NCBI GenBank assembly: GCA_002104905.1
Contig: MCFE01000022.1
Span: 171,240 to 235,239 of the forward strand
DNA length: 64,000 nucleotides
Reading direction: 5' to 3'
Source: Basidiobolus meristosporus CBS 931.73
Taxonomy: Eukaryota; Fungi; Basidiobolomycota
Every line of letters starts with the position of its first letter. The first letter of the stretch is position 1. Of this stretch, positions 1 to 11,209 are shown piece after piece. The notes under the pieces were generated by a model. It ran no database searches. It had not been told where the DNA came from and worked only from the letters and a program-made list of their open reading frames with translations. A program made the translations under genes and the position numbers.

Positions 1-87
1 CCTAAACCCAACGATAGATTTGAGAAAGCACCTCCCTTTCTATCGACCGAGAGGATTTCCCCCAGCTTTGGATTGGCCCGCGATGGC

Positions 88-729
88 ATGGGTATCATCA
101 TTCATGCATCAAAAGAGGCTTCAAAAAATGAAGCCCAGCGCCCATCATATGACCATGGTCTGCGAAACATGGTGGCAATGGGAAGTTCTAGAGCGATAAG
201 CGTATCCGATGATTCCGAAGAATCCTCCTCTAATGAGGACGACTCACCATCGCCCTTTGACATCAATTTTCTTCTCAATCCAGATCCATACCAATGCCCG
301 GATGTCCGCCGCGGAAAAGCCTCTAGGCAATCCACCATTCACACACCAGCGACTTCTCTTAAACCCCCCTCGATCAAAGCAACCGCAACTGTAGCCGTGA
401 CAGCGACAGCGACCGAATCTTGCGAATTTCAGAAACTCAAGTTCGTCCATTTCCCAAACTCTCTGAACCCACCTGTTGAAGACAAGGGGTACCGGTGTGA
501 CGTGTGCAGGCGAGAATTCCAAAGGCCAAGCACCTTGCGAACTCACATGTACTCCCACACCGGTGAGAAACCGTTCATCTGCACATTCGAGGGTTGTAGC
601 AAGCGGTTCTCGGTGGAGTCCAACATGAGAAGGCACCTAAGACTACACTTCGCCTCCAGTCGTCCGGCGAAACACTCCCGAAGGCGAAAAACATGGGTTC
701 ATACATTTACGCACCACTTCAACCTGTAG
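88..729 (+). CDS. C2H2 zinc-finger transcription factor (two fingers)
   Basis: CDVCRREFQRPSTLRTHMYSH-TGEKP-FICTFEGCSKRFSVESNMRRHLRLH: two C2H2 fingers with the canonical TGEKP linker. First ATG at 88 (the ORF track starts at TTG 73). Confidence 0.9.
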   Translation: MGIIIHASKEASKNEAQRPSYDHGLRNMVAMGSSRAISVSDDSEESSSNEDDSPSPFDINFLLNPDPYQCPDVRRGKASRQSTIHTPATSLKPPSIKATATVAVTATATESCEFQKLKFVHFPNSLNPPVEDKGYRCDVCRREFQRPSTLRTHMYSHTGEKPFICTFEGCSKRFSVESNMRRHLRLHFASSRPAKHSRRRKTWVHTFTHHFNL

Positions 730-1998
730 TCGGCCCCTCCCCTTAGTAACCGCCAGTATATTACTTGATTCCTATCATGGCTGCCTCGTTGGGGGCTGTA
801 GTGATCCTGATGTCCGGATCTGTTTTTGTATTCGCTGTTGATCACATTAAAGTAAATGTTGATAGAATGCGGCGATGGTGTGGGTTTTCTTGTTTGGGGT
901 GCGGATCTATCAATCAGAGGCGTGGAATAGTTCGTGGGAGCTGGCCTGACTTGATGCGTGGAAACGGATAATGGCACTTCCTTCGTTTGATGGGTTGATT
1001 GGTTATGTGCATGTGAACTGCCGTCAGCCCGGCCTCCCAAAATATTTGAAATCGAACCAGTGCTAGACTTGTTGGTGTTGGCATGGACTACAATTTACTG
1101 TATGCAAGATGATTACTTGCAAGTGATACATCATTTATACCCGCTGGCAGAACACATGTGATAGCTACTTTGGAAAAGATGCCTTGAATATATCTTCTAC
1201 TCCAGGTCTACCTTTGCTCATTATGACTCACTTGTGAGGCGTGGTACAATCCCAATGTCGTACCATATATTCATCGCTCGCACTTCAAGAGCAAGCTACT
1301 ACGTCCTAGCACCTGTGTGTGCTCAGTGGTAAGCACTCTTTTTCCACTTGGGCTCTAAGTAGGTGTTGGAAAGACATTGCGCTGAAGCGAGTTCAGAACC
1401 TTAATCAACATTACCTTCGGCAACACCAGCAATGCAATCCCAAGGATACTTCCTGTATGTCTCTAAATGGTAATTTGGGTGTGATTATCCTCTCACTTTT
1501 ATGGGCAGAAATGAATCATTCTAGCAATAGCGGCGTGTCCCATAGCATTCTACTACATTTGGGCAGGGCGATATATATATGGGAAAAATCCTATCTACAC
1601 GCAAATTTCCATACTGGATAGGCCGTCAGATTTACAATCAAGCATCTAGAACCATTAAAAGGTAGTCCGATTCATCGTGCTGAAGTATCACTTTCTAAAC
1701 CAGGTAGATATCTCAGAGAGACTTGTCTGAAATGATGTGCCACCTTAAACCTGAGTAATACAGTAAGTAGGTTGAGACTATGGGGCGTGTCCACAGTGTT
1801 CAGAATCACTGGGCAAATACAGAAACGGTAGACATTGTATTTCAAGTAAGAAGCCTTCGAGTGGCAAATCAAACAAGCATATGCGACATGAAATCGGCAT
1901 CAAAAGCGGCAAGAACCAACAGAATCTATTTCTGGTTAGGCTTGGATATTAATTTATTAGAAATGGGCAGGGAGCCATGTAAATATACACAGAGGGTG

Positions 1999-2556
1999 CT
2001 AGTACTGAAATCGGAGTCGCTCTTCATCCGTCATTTGCTGCCACAGATTGGCAATTAGACGTGATGCCGGCTCCCCGAATATGTTACATTTCGAAAGTTC
2101 GTCCATCTTGAGCGAACGATAGTTGGAGTAAGCAGTGTGCCACAAGGAGGGGTCTTGGCTGTACTCTCCACTCTCCAGGCCAAACATGTACTTTTTGTGA
2201 TTTGACGGCACGGAGTTGATACCTGGATCGGGGAGGGTGCTTTTGGTGGCGGGAAGGTAGGCACGAATATGGTGGCTCGTATTCTTTGCACGAGTAGATT
2301 CTTCTCTTTGAACGAGAAGGACACGATAGCCCTTTGGTACCAAGTAGTAGGAGCCTTTTACCGTTTCCGATGAGCAATTTCCGGGGAAGGGGGATATCTG
2401 GAAAGGAATGGTACGTTTGTCACTCTCGCATCCCGTCGCCATGGTTTGTATATTGGAGCAGCTTGGAAGCACATGAGATGGAGTATATATAGAGCAGTAG
2501 TGATGATTCAACACATCAGGGTATGGCGTGTTATTGGCCCCTCCCAGTATTCGCAT
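1999..2556 (-). CDS. Possible HMG-box-like protein (gene model uncertain)
   Basis: C-terminal AYSNYRSLKMDELSK...ASRLIANLWQQMTDEERLRF resembles HMG-box helices 1-3 (S-x-x-I-A-x-x-W-x-x-M-T-D-E-E-R). The rest is unrecognised. Alternative ATG at 2442. Confidence 0.4.
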   Translation of the reverse strand: MRILGGANNTPYPDVLNHHYCSIYTPSHVLPSCSNIQTMATGCESDKRTIPFQISPFPGNCSSETVKGSYYLVPKGYRVLLVQREESTRAKNTSHHIRAYLPATKSTLPDPGINSVPSNHKKYMFGLESGEYSQDPSLWHTAYSNYRSLKMDELSKCNIFGEPASRLIANLWQQMTDEERLRFQY

Positions 2557-3377
2557 TGAACCCGGTGCATCATCTTGGAGTTGATTTCGTTGTGATTTGT
2601 AGAGTGTTTTGATGCAGTGCTTGGTGTGGCGATTCTAGTTTCAAGAAAAATATGCTTTCCAACGCTGGCTGTGAAAGCCCAGGTTTCAGGGTGTTCATGG
2701 TGTATGGCATGGATGTAGCTCAGTCAACTAGTTTTCCATGGAGGCCCAGGGACGGTCACAGTGAGTCCATGTGTATACGTTGCACTGAATCGGAGAGGAA
2801 TATTGCTGCCAAAGGCATGGACGATGTAGTCATTTTCTTCACGCTTACATACTAGACCTTAGTACTCAGTGTTCCAGGATTCCAGGAGTCGGGTGTTAGG
2901 TAATGCATGAACGATGTGGGATGATTAGAAAACAGATCAGAAAATTGACGCATTTGATGGGAAAATCCTGTCTGCCCATGTGATCTATCCCACAAAACCT
3001 GCTCTTTTACTACATATATATCGAGGCCGCAACAGCTGACCCCCATGCTTAGTTGACCCTCACAAATATCAAGTCACAATGTTTAGTTGATCAATTTCCA
3101 GGGTTGCGGGCGATATGCATGAGGCGTGGTTATGATGCACATCGTCAACGATGAGCAACATGTATTTGGCATACTAGTGCAGACAGGTGAGTCGAAACTG
3201 CAGCAAATCTGGGATCTCCATCTATAAAAGCAGCTGGTTGCCGCCTTCATCAACATCATCAATACAACAAAGAAATCCTAAGCAGAGTTCTGGAATTTGA
3301 TTGACGCTCATTGAACTTTTTCTCAAAACAAATACCCTCTATATCCAATCCGATTCGATCAATATAAAGTATCAACA

Positions 3378-4918
3378 ATGAAGGTCTTGGCAGCTCATTC
3401 CCTTTTTCTTTTATCTGCTATCTCTTCCGTCCTTGGCTCGTTTATTCCTAGAAGCTACAATGTGGCTGATCAACTCCAGAAGGGCTCAGATTATTCAGGA
3501 GGAGGCAATCATGGTAATGGTGGCGGTGGCAATGGCAATTATGAAGGAAACGGCGGTGGCAACGGCAACGGAGCAAGCAATTATGGCGATATCCACCACA
3601 ACTATGGTGGTAATGGTGGTGGCAATGGTCTCTATGGTAGCGGTGGTGGAAACGGTGATAGATATGGTGGCGGTGGTGGTGGTAATGGCGGCTACGGGGG
3701 CAATGGTGGCGGTCATGGCGACTATGGTGGTGGTAGCGGCAACGGTAATGGCGGAGTAAATGGATACAGCGGCGGTAACGGTGGTGGAGGCAGTGGCTAT
3801 GGTGGCAACGGTGGTGGAGGTAACGGCTATGGAGGTAACGGTGGTGGTGGCAGCGGCTATGGTGGCAACGGAGGTGGTGGTAACGGCTATGCAGTACGGT
3901 GGTGGTGGCAGCGGCTATGGTGGCAACGGTGGTGGTGGTAACGGCTACGAGTGGTGGTGGAGGCGGCAGCGGCTATGGTGGCAATGGTGGTGGCGGCAAC
4001 GGCTATGGTGGCAATGGTGGTGGCGGCAACGGCTATGGTGGCAATGGTGGTGGCGGCAACGGCTATGGTGGCAATGGTGGTGGTGGCAGCGGCTATGGTG
4101 GCAATGGTGGTGGCGGCAGCGGCTATGGTGGCAATGGTGGTGGTGGCAACGGCTATGGTGGCAATGGTGGTGGCGGTAACGGCTATGGCGGAGGACATGG
4201 AGAGAAATATGGTAACGGTGGCGGCGGCGGCGTCAAAGGATACGGCGGAGGACATGGTGGTGGCCACGGATACGGTGGAGGACATGGCGATGGTCACCTC
4301 AAGTCGTACGATAGCAATGACTATGGTGGTCGCGGACGCGGTCACCATGATGGCTATGCTGGAAAGAAGGACTACGGTCACGGCGACGGCGAAGACTATG
4401 GCCATAAGAAGCATAAGGGGTATGGTGGCGGTGGAGATGGAAACGACAAATATGACGACGACTACTCCGGTGGTGGTGGCCACCGCAAAGGCCACAAGAA
4501 GCACAAGAACAAGGACTATGATGGCGATGGTGATGACTATGATGAATACAGAGGGAAGCATGGCAAGGGGCGTGGCCATAAATATGATGATGACGGTGAT
4601 GACCACAAAGACTACCACAAGCACCGCACCAACGCTGATGAAGAAACTGTTAGCGTTGTTGCTGAGCAGCCAGCGACGGAACTCCCGGAACAGCCAGTTG
4701 CCGAAAACGTTAGTGAAGCAACCGATGCTGTCAACTCCCAAACCACCTCAAATACCGTTGAAGAGATTGCCCAACCGGCGACCAATGGCGATGAGTGCAA
4801 TCAAATAGAAATCAATGGCTCACTTGCCGGTACTCCCGCCCATGGTGCAGTCTGCCTCGGCCAGCAGGTTCAGAAAACCCTCAACAATGTCTTGGATGTG
4901 AAGGGGCTTTTAGGATAA
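3378..4918 (+). CDS. Secreted Gly/Tyr/Asn-repeat, His/Lys/Asp-rich protein; two apparent -2 frameshifts at about 3891 and 3950
   Basis: Signal-like N-terminus MKVLAAHSLFLLSAISSVLG. The GGNGGGGNGY frame passes through ORFs 3378, 3760 and 3899 at two corrupted repeat units (10 nt instead of 12 nt). C-terminal two-Cys domain shared with 5398-6252. Confidence 0.8.
3772..4190 (+). repeat. Coding 30-bp minisatellite, about 14 units encoding YGGNGGGG[N/S]G
   Basis: Consensus GGCTATGGTGGCAATGGTGGTGGCGGCAAC repeated in tandem. Confidence 0.9.
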
Positions 4919-5397
4919 TGGGATTTTGTCATTTCAATAGAGATAGTTTTGTGCACAACAGTTTGCTACAAGATAGAAGATAAGAGAATTTACTATTTGT
5001 TGATGCTTGTACTTAGCCTTCATCTCACTGTTCACTATAACACAACATCAATAAATTCATTACCCCCCCAAAAAAATTGCCACTGATTCATTTTAACCAA
5101 GATGCTGAAGGGAAAGGAAATGTTGGGATTTTGGCTTGTTTTCATTCACATTGCAAGTACATATTCCATTCTTCCACAGCCCGAACCTCGTTCCCCGTGC
5201 ATTGGCCCTAAAAATATGAATGCACAAACCAACACACGTGGTGGTTGACCTCGAGATACCACCTCTTATTTAGCGTGTGCTACCCACCTGTGTTTCATGA
5301 GAGGTTATAAAACTCGCAACCCGGCCCACATTCCAAGTCAATATTGATTCCCATCTACACGTATTGTATCCTTTCCACATATCTTTACGACCGAAAA

Positions 5398-6252
5398 ATG
5401 AAGGCCTTTGTGTACGACGTGCTGTTTTTACTTCCAGCCATTCATTCCGTGTTTGGTGTATACATCCCTAGAGGATACAATGTTGATGATCAACTCTCAA
5501 AGGCAGACAATTACGGAACAAATGGCGGTTTCGGCGGGAGCGGTGGTGGTGGCAATACAGAACACTCATATGGTAATTACAGGGGACATGGTGATGCCAA
5601 TGACTATAGAAATGGCAATGGTAATGGCCAGTCGCACGATTATCAGGGATATCACAACTCCGGTGACGGAAGAGGTGGACAACATGGAAAGTTCTACAAC
5701 AATGAAGATTACAGTGGTGGTGGCCATGGACAAAGGGAGTACTACGGAAATACCGGAGCCGAGTATGGAGGCTACAATGATGGGAGGGGAAGGGGATACA
5801 GAGGGGACGGATATGCTCGATACAATGAGGGTGACTATTCCGGTGACGGTGGATACTTCAACAGTCATAGGAAACACAAGCACAAGGAATACAGGGAAGA
5901 CTACAACGGGGACTATGATGATGGTGAAGACTATAGAGACTCAGGTCGGCACCGTAAACACAGAGAAATCGAGCCTTCTACTGATCCAGTACCTGAACCA
6001 CCAGTTTCCAAGGTTGCTGAACAGAACGCCAACGATTTCACCAGTGTTCAACCATCGACCTCAGATTCTGCGATCAATTCTAACATAAAACCGAATAATG
6101 CCCAACAGCCACAATCAAATGATTTGTGCAAAGATGTAGATGTCAAGGGGAATGTTGTAAATATTCCTGCAAATGCAGCAGTATGCCTAGGTAAAGACCT
6201 CACCAACACCGTCCATCAGGTATTGAACGTCGAAAATCTTCTTGGGATGTAA
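5398..6252 (+). CDS. Secreted Gly/Tyr/Asp/His-rich protein, paralogue of 3378-4918
   Basis: Signal-like MKAFVYDVLFLLPAIHSVFG. YIPRGYNVDDQLSKADNY matches FIPRSYNVADQLQKGSDY. C-terminal C...PANAAVCLG...VLNVENLLG matches C...PAHGAVCLG...VLDVKGLLG. Confidence 0.85.
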   Translation: MKAFVYDVLFLLPAIHSVFGVYIPRGYNVDDQLSKADNYGTNGGFGGSGGGGNTEHSYGNYRGHGDANDYRNGNGNGQSHDYQGYHNSGDGRGGQHGKFYNNEDYSGGGHGQREYYGNTGAEYGGYNDGRGRGYRGDGYARYNEGDYSGDGGYFNSHRKHKHKEYREDYNGDYDDGEDYRDSGRHRKHREIEPSTDPVPEPPVSKVAEQNANDFTSVQPSTSDSAINSNIKPNNAQQPQSNDLCKDVDVKGNVVNIPANAAVCLGKDLTNTVHQVLNVENLLGM

Positions 6253-6472
6253 ATTTCACAGTTGCCGTGTTCTCATTCAGCATGTTTAAGACTATCATTT
6301 ATGTGATTTAGTAGCAACCTCCATGCATCATGATCTCCATAGTAACAATATGATCATTTGCAACCAGATTAGGATTATTATCATTAAAGTATCGTCACGA
6401 TGACTAGGTATTATACAATATTTCTATCAGATACCCAACGTGTTGAGGTGAAGAGCAAGGAGACAAGTAACA

Positions 6473-8018
6473 ATGGTGAAGCTTTTCAAGTCGCTTATTT
6501 GCACCCTCGCGATACTCTCAAGCGTTCACTGTCGAATAGATCAGGAGGAGCTATTCCGCCTGCACGAACAACTTGTTTCCATTAATTCGGTCACGGGCAA
6601 TGAAGCTCAAGTGACCGACTTCTTAAGCGAATACCTGGAGGATCTCGGCTGGTCCATAGAGACACAAACCGTCTCCGAAGGGGTTAACGGAAAGCCCAGA
6701 GAAAACATATTTGCGCATCTGGGCAACAGTAATCCTGCCATCGTAGTTTCCAGCCATGTTGACACAGGTTAGCGTTGAACCGTTATCATGCGCCATATGC
6801 GAGTATCTAAGCCTTTTGTTGTACGAAAAGTACCCCCATTCCTCCCCTATAGAGTTGAAGGAGACAAGATATTTGGCCGTGGCGCCTGCGATGCAAAAAG
6901 CTCTGTTGCAGCTCAGATCGTTGCTGTCGAACAGCTCTTGCTGGAGAATCCGGACCTTGATATTCGGGTAACTCGCTATTTGTTATCTATGGCAGGAAGG
7001 TGCAGTGAACTAAGGACTTGAAAAACATAGACTACTGTACGTGGTTGGAGAAGAAAAGGGAGGTCAGGGTATGACTAAAGTACCAGAGGTTGGTTGTTAA
7101 ATCCTTTATTATCATTGAGCCTGAGCAAAAACCCTAACAAGTCGATATTTCAAAGCTGGAGCTTGCCCCTTCGGCGTTGATCATTGGCGAACCGACCGAA
7201 AACAAATTGGTTTTGGGACATAAGGGAATCATGTCATTTTCGATTGAAAGCCAGGGCATAGCCGCCCACTCTGGATATCCTGAACTCGGACGCTCGGCCA
7301 TCTCCCAGCTTCTCAGCGCGATCATCTCTCTTAACACCATTGTAAGAAACCCCTCTGCGTATACGAACCACCCATGTGTACATTCAATAATATGCACTTT
7401 AGGTTTTCCCAGCGGTTGATCCCATACTTGGAGCTGACACGATAAATATTGGCTTGGTCAACGGTGGTGTAGCAGCCAACGTTGTTCCAGGAGTTTGCGT
7501 ACGCCAACGCAACAATAAGAGTTGCCACAAATACTACCTTTGTTTGGGACACCATCACCAAAACCATCGGAAGCCCGCAAGGCATCAAGCTGACCCTCCA
7601 TAACAAGTACGAACCGGTGAAACTTAGCTCGATCGAAGGATTCGACACCAGCGTTGCCAAATTTAACACAGGTTCCCCGTTCATCCATGAATATCGGTCT
7701 CTTCGTTTCTGGCGACTAACCCCACTGACTTCCCTGTGAATAGATTTCTCCCGTTGGAAAGGCCCAGGAAAGAACTATCTTCTCGGACCAGGTAGGATCT
7801 GTGATATACACCCGGCCGTATCTAGATCACCTCTCACTTACACACTGCCTCCAAAACTAGGAACCATTCAGGTTGCACACAAGCCTGAAGAATACATCAC
7901 CAAGTCTGAGCTAATCGATTCGGTTGAGCTTTACAAAAAGCTCATCCAGAAGATCCACCAAGAGCTGGGAACAGGTTCTAAGCCTAACTTCCGGTCTAAG
8001 ATTGTCGAACAGTTGTAG
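6473..8018 (+). CDS. Secreted M20 family metallopeptidase (ArgE/DapE-like), multi-exon
   Basis: Signal peptide, then SSHVDT, GRGACDAK, GEEKGG, IIGEPT, AAHSGYPELG and GPGTIQVAHKPEEYI across exons separated by short GT-AG introns. Stop TAG at 8016-8018. Confidence 0.85.
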
Positions 8019-8518
8019 CCTCCCCTCCCCTCCATAAAGAGTAGTTCGATTAGTGGTTTTCGAAGTTCACTGTAGTTTTAATAAAACTCTCCTCGGCATT
8101 AACAATACGTGAAGATTTGCTTCGTAGTGAAGATGTGTTCGGCTCTAATCAAGTCCAACAAATACCGCCAATCTATCTGGAGAGTGCACATCGATCGAAC
8201 AATTACTGATTACGAATGAATCGTTAATCAAATTGAATTGAGCAACTACGATAATATTCTGGTCGAAAATCGATCGTTTATTAATTAAATTAGATCCCGA
8301 AAAGCCAGTAACTAAGTGAAACACAATTAATCACACTGGTTAGTCGAAGGGCACAATTCTCTAAATAGTGCGATAGGTATTAGGAAAACGAAAAGGAACT
8401 TGCGCTTCAAAAGCAAAAGCTTTCGGAAAATAATCCGAGATGCTCATTATGTATCAAGTCAATGGAAGGTGCGAAGGAATGGAAAGGACATGCAGTGGAA
8501 ATATATTGGCTGGAATCC

Positions 8519-11209
8519 TTAAGCGGTGGTGCGCTTCTCGGAGACCCCGTTTTGGAGAAGGGCGACGGCACCGATGGCACGGACAGCAGTACGGACCTTC
8601 TCGGTGTTGGTGGCAACACGAGCAGAGAGTTCCTTTTGAGCCTTGCGCTCGACCAACTTTCTGCGGCGAGATGGAGAAGGCCACAAGGTAGCGGTGAGCT
8701 CGAAGGACCAGACTCTGAACAAGAACACCTTGACGAAGTCGAGAACGATGAAGTAACCAAGGGAAATGGCAAGAACACCACAACCCCAGCCCCAACCAAT
8801 AGCATGGGTAAGTCCTGGAACACCAAAGACGGAGATCAACATGGCGAACACCTGGGTACCGAGAATGGCAACGGTGAATGTCCATGAGGGAATGTTCTCC
8901 CAGAAGAAGCCACTAAGACGAGTGGAGAAGATGACGAAGTGAGGGCAGGAAGAGATGTGGAGGTACATGATGGTTTCCAATTCCTTGGCTCCGACCTCAA
9001 ATACATCACGAGCAATGAAGAAGTGGGCGAATGAGGCAGCGGTAAGGAAGACGGCCAACACGAAGGACATGGTGATCAGTTGTCCGATTCTCCACTTATC
9101 TGGTCTCTGGGAGATTTGAGCATTGTCGACGGCAATAACGAGAGTGGCGCAATCGTTGAGGACAGCAATGAAAATCAATAGAATGGCCTCAAGCTTCCAT
9201 TGGTAGATAATGGTAACGAAGAAGAAGAAGAGCAAGAAATGAATGGTGGAGGTGATACGGTACAAGGCATAGGAACGCATGCGTTGGAAAATGGCACGAG
9301 AGGTGGTGATACCATCGACAATCGTGGAAAGACCTGGGGCAAGCAACACAATATCCGAGGCAGAGCGAGCAGCATCAGTACATCCATGCACGGCAATACC
9401 AACGTTGGCCTTCTTCAGAGCTGGGGCATCGTTCACACCATCACCAGTCATACCAACCAACAATCCCTGTTCCTGGAGCAACTCAACCACACGGTACTTG
9501 TGCTCAGGAATGACTTGAGCAAAACCGTCAGCCTTGACACAACGACGAACAATCTCTTCTTCAGAAACATCGGCTTCAACCAACTTGTGAGCATCCAAAA
9601 TAGCACGTTGCATACCAAGACGTTGAGCAACTTCCTTGGCAATGATCAACTGATCACCAGTAATCATCTTGACTGAAACTCCCATCTCGTGGCAGCGAGC
9701 AATGGTCTCGGCGGAATCAGGACGAGGAGGATCCAACAGGGAGATCATGCCAATCAACTCCCATTGTTCAAGGTCACCTGGAATGGTACGAGCAACTCCC
9801 AAAGCACGAAGACCACGGCGGGCAAGACTGTTAACTGCATGGACGGCATCATCATTACCACCAACCAACTTGATGATCACTTGTGGGGCTCCCTTGGCGA
9901 CCTTGAAGGTCTCTCCGGTCTCTTCGTTGAGGATGGTAGCTTGGGTGAGCTTGGTAACAGGGTTGAATGGAAGGAAGGAGTTGGTCTTGAATCCGGGGAT
10001 CTTGGTGTCGCGCTCACCGAGGCTCTTGAGGACCTCGAGTTGGGAACGGGCGGCAGTTCTAACAGCGTATTCAATTGGGTCGTTGGCACCTTGCTCAGCA
10101 GCCATGTAAGAGTACAACAAGATGTCATCACTGCTGTAGCCCTTGCACAACCAGGGCTCATCGAAAGTGAGTTCGTTGAGGGTGAGAGTACCGGTCTTGT
10201 CGGAGCAGAGAACAGACACGGAGGCCATTTCCTCGACAGCAGTCAGTCTCTTGACAATAACCTCCTTCTTGGCCAATTGCTTGGCACCGACAGCCATGGT
10301 AACGGACATCACAGTGGGGAGACCGACTGGGATAGCAGCAACAGTCAACACGAGCACATCCTTAATAATGTTGAGGACATCGTGGGCATGGGTCTTCACC
10401 ATCAGGACAATGAATAGGATAACAACCAATACGACAGTAATAAAAACCAAGAAGTTTCCGATCTTGTTGATGATCTTCTGGAAATGACCTTGCTCGTTGG
10501 TGTTCGACATGAGGGTGGCAGCACGGCCGATGAAGGTGTTCTCTCCGGTCTTGGTAACAACACCCATTTGCTGACCTTGCTTGACAATGGAGGACGAGTA
10601 GGCAGTGGCTCCCTTGCCCTTGCTGACGGGGAGTGACTCACCAGTCAAGGCAGACTGATCGATTTGGAGGTTTCCTTCGACTGGCTCACCATGAACACCA
10701 ATTCCAAGAAGACGGCAATCAGCAGGGACGATATCACCCAGACGTAAGACAATAATATCACCAGGAACCAGATCAGAAACGTCAATTTCAATCAAGTCAC
10801 CGTTACGCCAGACACGAGTCTTCAGGGCAAGAGTGTTCTTCAAGGCATCCAAGGCATTCTCGGCCTTGGATTCTTCAATGAAACCAATAGCAGCGTTGAC
10901 AAGCAAAAGAGCACCGATAATACCAAAGTTTACCCAATCCTGTACAACAGCTGAGAGAATCCAGGCAATTTCGATCAAGTAAGCAATGGCACCAGTGAAG
11001 TAGCCGAGGAACTTAAGGAACACATTCTTCTTGACTTCGGTCAACTGATTGGGACCGAACTTGGCTAAACGTTCGGTAACCTCAGCGGTAGTCAAACCTT
11101 TGGAAGGATCAGTATGTAAGAAAGCCTCCAGTTCAGGGGAAATCTCTTCAGCCATCTCCTGGTGAGCATGCTCTTCGAGCTGCACCTTTTTCTCCTCGTT
11201 GGCAGTCAT
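8519..11209 (-). CDS. PMA1: Plasma-membrane H+-ATPase (P3A), copy 1, intronless, 896 aa
   Basis: TGES, IPVGLP, CSDKTGTLT, KGAP, DPPR, MITGD, TGDGVNDAPALKKA motifs. Confidence 0.97.
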   Translation of the reverse strand: MTANEEKKVQLEEHAHQEMAEEISPELEAFLHTDPSKGLTTAEVTERLAKFGPNQLTEVKKNVFLKFLGYFTGAIAYLIEIAWILSAVVQDWVNFGIIGALLLVNAAIGFIEESKAENALDALKNTLALKTRVWRNGDLIEIDVSDLVPGDIIVLRLGDIVPADCRLLGIGVHGEPVEGNLQIDQSALTGESLPVSKGKGATAYSSSIVKQGQQMGVVTKTGENTFIGRAATLMSNTNEQGHFQKIINKIGNFLVFITVVLVVILFIVLMVKTHAHDVLNIIKDVLVLTVAAIPVGLPTVMSVTMAVGAKQLAKKEVIVKRLTAVEEMASVSVLCSDKTGTLTLNELTFDEPWLCKGYSSDDILLYSYMAAEQGANDPIEYAVRTAARSQLEVLKSLGERDTKIPGFKTNSFLPFNPVTKLTQATILNEETGETFKVAKGAPQVIIKLVGGNDDAVHAVNSLARRGLRALGVARTIPGDLEQWELIGMISLLDPPRPDSAETIARCHEMGVSVKMITGDQLIIAKEVAQRLGMQRAILDAHKLVEADVSEEEIVRRCVKADGFAQVIPEHKYRVVELLQEQGLLVGMTGDGVNDAPALKKANVGIAVHGCTDAARSASDIVLLAPGLSTIVDGITTSRAIFQRMRSYALYRITSTIHFLLFFFFVTIIYQWKLEAILLIFIAVLNDCATLVIAVDNAQISQRPDKWRIGQLITMSFVLAVFLTAASFAHFFIARDVFEVGAKELETIMYLHISSCPHFVIFSTRLSGFFWENIPSWTFTVAILGTQVFAMLISVFGVPGLTHAIGWGWGCGVLAISLGYFIVLDFVKVFLFRVWSFELTATLWPSPSRRRKLVERKAQKELSARVATNTEKVRTAVRAIGAVALLQNGVSEKRTTA

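Noticed and set aside
3772-4190. 30-bp repeats as a CRISPR array or a KEX2-processed RiPP precursor
   Set aside because: No unique spacers, eukaryotic coding context, and no KR/RR cleavage sites between the repeat units.
3433-4808. Val/Ala/Met-rich, Thr/Ile-rich and WWWRQRL-repeat ORFs
   Set aside because: Other frames of the Gly-rich minisatellite, not separate proteins.
9175-10641. Many overlapping ORFs in and antisense to the H+-ATPase genes, duplicated at 16448-18529
   Set aside because: Alternative-frame shadows caused by strong codon bias; they recur only because the host genes are duplicated.
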